IMG/VR virus record: IMGVR_UViG_3300042520_001372
Source of the DNA: a virus
Length of the DNA: 64,000 bases
Reading direction: 5' to 3' (one strand)
Shown: piece after piece, positions 61,459 through 64,000 of the stretch
Numbering within the stretch: position 1 is the first letter of the stretch
How the letters are laid out: each line of letters begins with the position of its first letter
The notes under the pieces: model-generated
Seen by the model: the letters and a program-made list of their open reading frames with translations, nothing else
What the model was told of the DNA's origin: nothing
Database searches by the model: none
Made by a program: the position numbers and the translations under genes

Positions 61459-63105
61459 TTACAAAGTGTTCAAACCACTAACGTAGATCTTACCGTAGAA
61501 TTCAGGACGAACCATTTTCTTAGCATATCTAGTCAATAAACCTTTTCTTGGTACGAAGGTATCAGGATCGTACACCAAAGGAGTCATGATTAATGGAATG
61601 TAAGGAGCAAATACTGCACCAGTTTCCAAGAATTGGCTACCTTTGAAGCCCATCAAGATTGTGTTTTCCTTCATGTAAGGGTTCTTGTAGATGGTATATC
61701 TGTTGTTGATTTGACCCATCTTCTGTACACCGAAAGCGTAGCTAGCTACAGAAACGTCACCGTTTGAAGTAGAAGCAAAGCCTGGGATACTTTCCAAGAT
61801 AGTAGCAACTGTTGGAGATACAACGCAGAAGTTAGCACCACCACGCAAAGTTCTTTGGTGAATGATGTTAGACAATTTCTGCATCTTAGTTCCCAAAGTT
61901 TGGAACCACTGACCTTGAGTGTTGTAGTATCCACCTGCAGCTACTGACAAGCCAGTGAAGGCAGTGTTAGAAGCGTTGATGAATTCGTTAGAAACAGCAG
62001 ACCAGTACTCAGTACCAGCAGCAGCTGATTCGATCAACATATCCAAGATTTCCAAGTCAATTTCCAAAGAAATGTACTCAGACATTACAGCAGTCAATTC
62101 AGCTTCAGCATCCAAAGAATGGTAAGCGTTCAAATCTTGAGCGAATTCAGGAGTCCACTGTGCTTTCAACTTCTTAGTTTTAGCAACGATGGCTTCAGAT
62201 CTCATTTGAACGTTGATCTGTGGAATAACGATTTCAGTAGGAGACTCAGAGTTAGGAACTGCATAAGAAGCACCAGCTTCGAAATCACCTCTTGCATTGT
62301 CTTTAGTTAACTTGTTGTACTCAACTACAAAGCTACTTGAAGTTGGAATTTCAGCAGTTGAAGCAGTTACGAAGAATACTACGTTAGGAGAAGAGAAGTA
62401 AGTAAATTCATTTAAGTTTCTAGCAGATGTGATAGAACCAGAAGTGATAAGAAAGCCTCTTACACCTAAGATATCGATATCAGCAGAGATTGATGAAGTA
62501 GCAACAGTTAATTTCTTAATCTGACCAGCAGCAGCTGAAGCTGAGAAATCTGAGTTAAAGTTAACATCTGCGAAAGATGCAGTAGAGAAAGTAGTAGCTT
62601 GTACTACAGCAACTCCAGAAGCAGAGAATTGGTTAGTAGAGTAGGTGAAACGACCAGCTCCGTATAAACCACCAGTTGAGGTGTTACCGAAGTTAGCAGA
62701 AGATGCACCATACGTAGAGTCGCCAGAGGTAAAAGGATTCTTGTTAGTTCCGTATTGGAAATCCAAGAAGAATACTAGACCTGAAGGTAAGTTCATAGGT
62801 TGAACTGAAACAAATTCTTTAGCAGCGATCTGACCGAACACCTTACGCACTAAAGGTAAAGCGATTCCAGCCCACTGTTCACCAGTACCGGCTGTGAAGC
62901 TAGCACCTGTTCCAGTTTGAGATTGCTCAATAACCAATTGCTTGGCTTGATTCTCAAGGATCATTGACATGTTATTTTTTTCAGTTTCGTGGCTAAAGCC
63001 TTCTAAAAGACCTGTAGCTCCCCACTTTTTTGACAATCTGGCAGCGTCAGATTGCAAACTCTGCCAGGGGTTAGCAGATTCGAGTAATGATTGTACGTTA
63101 GACAT
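61459..63105 (-). CDS. Major capsid protein (T4 gp23-like)
   Basis: LPLVRKVF, VSVQPMNLPSGLVFFLDF, KKLKAQWTPEFAQDLNAYH, FAPYIPL, GLLTRYA. Confidence 0.95.
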   Translation of the reverse strand: MSNVQSLLESANPWQSLQSDAARLSKKWGATGLLEGFSHETEKNNMSMILENQAKQLVIEQSQTGTGASFTAGTGEQWAGIALPLVRKVFGQIAAKEFVSVQPMNLPSGLVFFLDFQYGTNKNPFTSGDSTYGASSANFGNTSTGGLYGAGRFTYSTNQFSASGVAVVQATTFSTASFADVNFNSDFSASAAAGQIKKLTVATSSISADIDILGVRGFLITSGSITSARNLNEFTYFSSPNVVFFVTASTAEIPTSSSFVVEYNKLTKDNARGDFEAGASYAVPNSESPTEIVIPQINVQMRSEAIVAKTKKLKAQWTPEFAQDLNAYHSLDAEAELTAVMSEYISLEIDLEILDMLIESAAAGTEYWSAVSNEFINASNTAFTGLSVAAGGYYNTQGQWFQTLGTKMQKLSNIIHQRTLRGGANFCVVSPTVATILESIPGFASTSNGDVSVASYAFGVQKMGQINNRYTIYKNPYMKENTILMGFKGSQFLETGAVFAPYIPLIMTPLVYDPDTFVPRKGLLTRYAKKMVRPEFYGKIYVSGLNTL

Positions 63106-63135
63106 TGTATTAATGTATAGTATTTTTTTTATTTT

Positions 63136-63999
63136 TTATAAGCCTGCAAGTTTTTTCATTCTTTCGAATGTCGGATTAACTTCTACCACAGGCTGTTTTG
63201 GTGAAGTACCGATTGATTTAGAAGCAAATCCTTTGCTTTCTCTTACCAACTCTTTCTTAGCGACTCTTTCTAAGCCTTCTTGTAGAGTTTCGAATACCAA
63301 CTTAACTTCTTTTACTGTCTCAGCTTTGTCAAAAGCAGTTAATACTTTAACTTTTTGTGATTCAGTAAGGTTTTTAGCCTTGAAAATTTTGTTGGTGTAA
63401 AGAAGTTTAGAATTCAACAAGTTAATTTCGTGTAATTCTGACTTCAATGTGTTAATAGTTTCGATAGCTTCAGTTAATTCAGACTCCATAGCTTTCATCT
63501 TTTCAGTTTCCTTCTCTTGATGGTCTTTTTTAGCTTCTTTCATTGGATCTTCTTCGTGAGACACTTCAGCAATTTCTTCTTCATCAGATACTTCTTTTTC
63601 AGCGCCCTCTTCAGGCTCCTCTACTTCAGCACCAGCTTCATCTTCCATTCCTTCGTGACCAGCCTCTAATTCACCAGCTTCGATCATTTCATCTACCACA
63701 GATTCAATAAATTTCTTTAAGTCTTCTTCAGTCATTTCTTCAAGATCGATTTCAACATCGTCTTCATCTTCTTTACCTTCTTCTTTTTCGCTTTCTTCTT
63801 CTTCTTTCATGTGATCATGAGCAGTTGAAGCAGTGTCAGCGTCATTGATAAGATCTTCGCCTTCTTCAAGCTCTTTTAAAAGCTCTTCAATTTCAGCGTC
63901 GGTGGTGTCTAAAGATTCAGTGATGATTTCGTCTTCTTCCATGTCCATCATTTTCTTTTCGAACATCGATTTCAAATGTGGTGTGAAAGCCTCTTCTAA
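63136..63999 (-). CDS. Prohead core / scaffolding protein, 5'-truncated
   Basis: Very acidic coiled coil upstream of MCP; LNSKLLYTNK; ends RMKKLAGL; frame stays open to the window edge (LEEAFTPHLKSM). Confidence 0.85.
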   Translation of the reverse strand, partial: LEEAFTPHLKSMFEKKMMDMEEDEIITESLDTTDAEIEELLKELEEGEDLINDADTASTAHDHMKEEEESEKEEGKEDEDDVEIDLEEMTEEDLKKFIESVVDEMIEAGELEAGHEGMEDEAGAEVEEPEEGAEKEVSDEEEIAEVSHEEDPMKEAKKDHQEKETEKMKAMESELTEAIETINTLKSELHEINLLNSKLLYTNKIFKAKNLTESQKVKVLTAFDKAETVKEVKLVFETLQEGLERVAKKELVRESKGFASKSIGTSPKQPVVEVNPTFERMKKLAGL

Positions 64000-64000
64000 T

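Noticed and set aside
63136-63975. ORF-track start at 63975 for the scaffold protein
   Set aside because: It is an internal TTG; the frame is open to the window edge, so the real start lies outside the window
1-64000. tRNA/rRNA genes, introns, inteins or stop-codon reassignment
   Set aside because: Intergenic gaps are short with no cloverleafs seen; core genes are uninterrupted and of normal length under the standard code

Overview
A 64-kb slice of a large, AT-rich, T4-like myovirus genome. All credible genes are on the minus strand. The host is probably Bacteroidota: one gene carries a T9SS C-terminal sorting domain, there are TTG-N20-TAnnTT(T/A)A promoters, and most leaders lack a Shine-Dalgarno. 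In transcription order (right to left): scaffold (partial), major capsid, PhoH, several fibre-like proteins including two giant 16/17-aa-repeat fibres (2893 and 2670 aa), a nine-gene glycosyl/methyl/sulfotransferase plus PAPS-synthesis operon inside the virion module, neck/sheath/tube, a tail chaperone pair with a probable +1 frameshift, tape measure and baseplate. A replication module follows (short PolA, SSB, RecA, 5'-3' exonuclease, HNH, DnaB helicase, class II RNR), then a secreted/membrane protein operon. Main leads: (1) the glyco-sulfo-methyl operon plus a recurrent [ST]-G-S motif in virion proteins; (2) four proteins sharing an MDNFDLKKYLVEN leader, three in duplicated terminator/promoter cassettes; (3) a micro-gene array joined by a repeated GGAGGTAACAAATG linker; (4) a phage-encoded cohesin/dockerin-like T9SS cargo; (5) a candidate three-way-junction RNA in a fibre 5' leader. 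All assignments come from motif recognition by eye; no searches were run.
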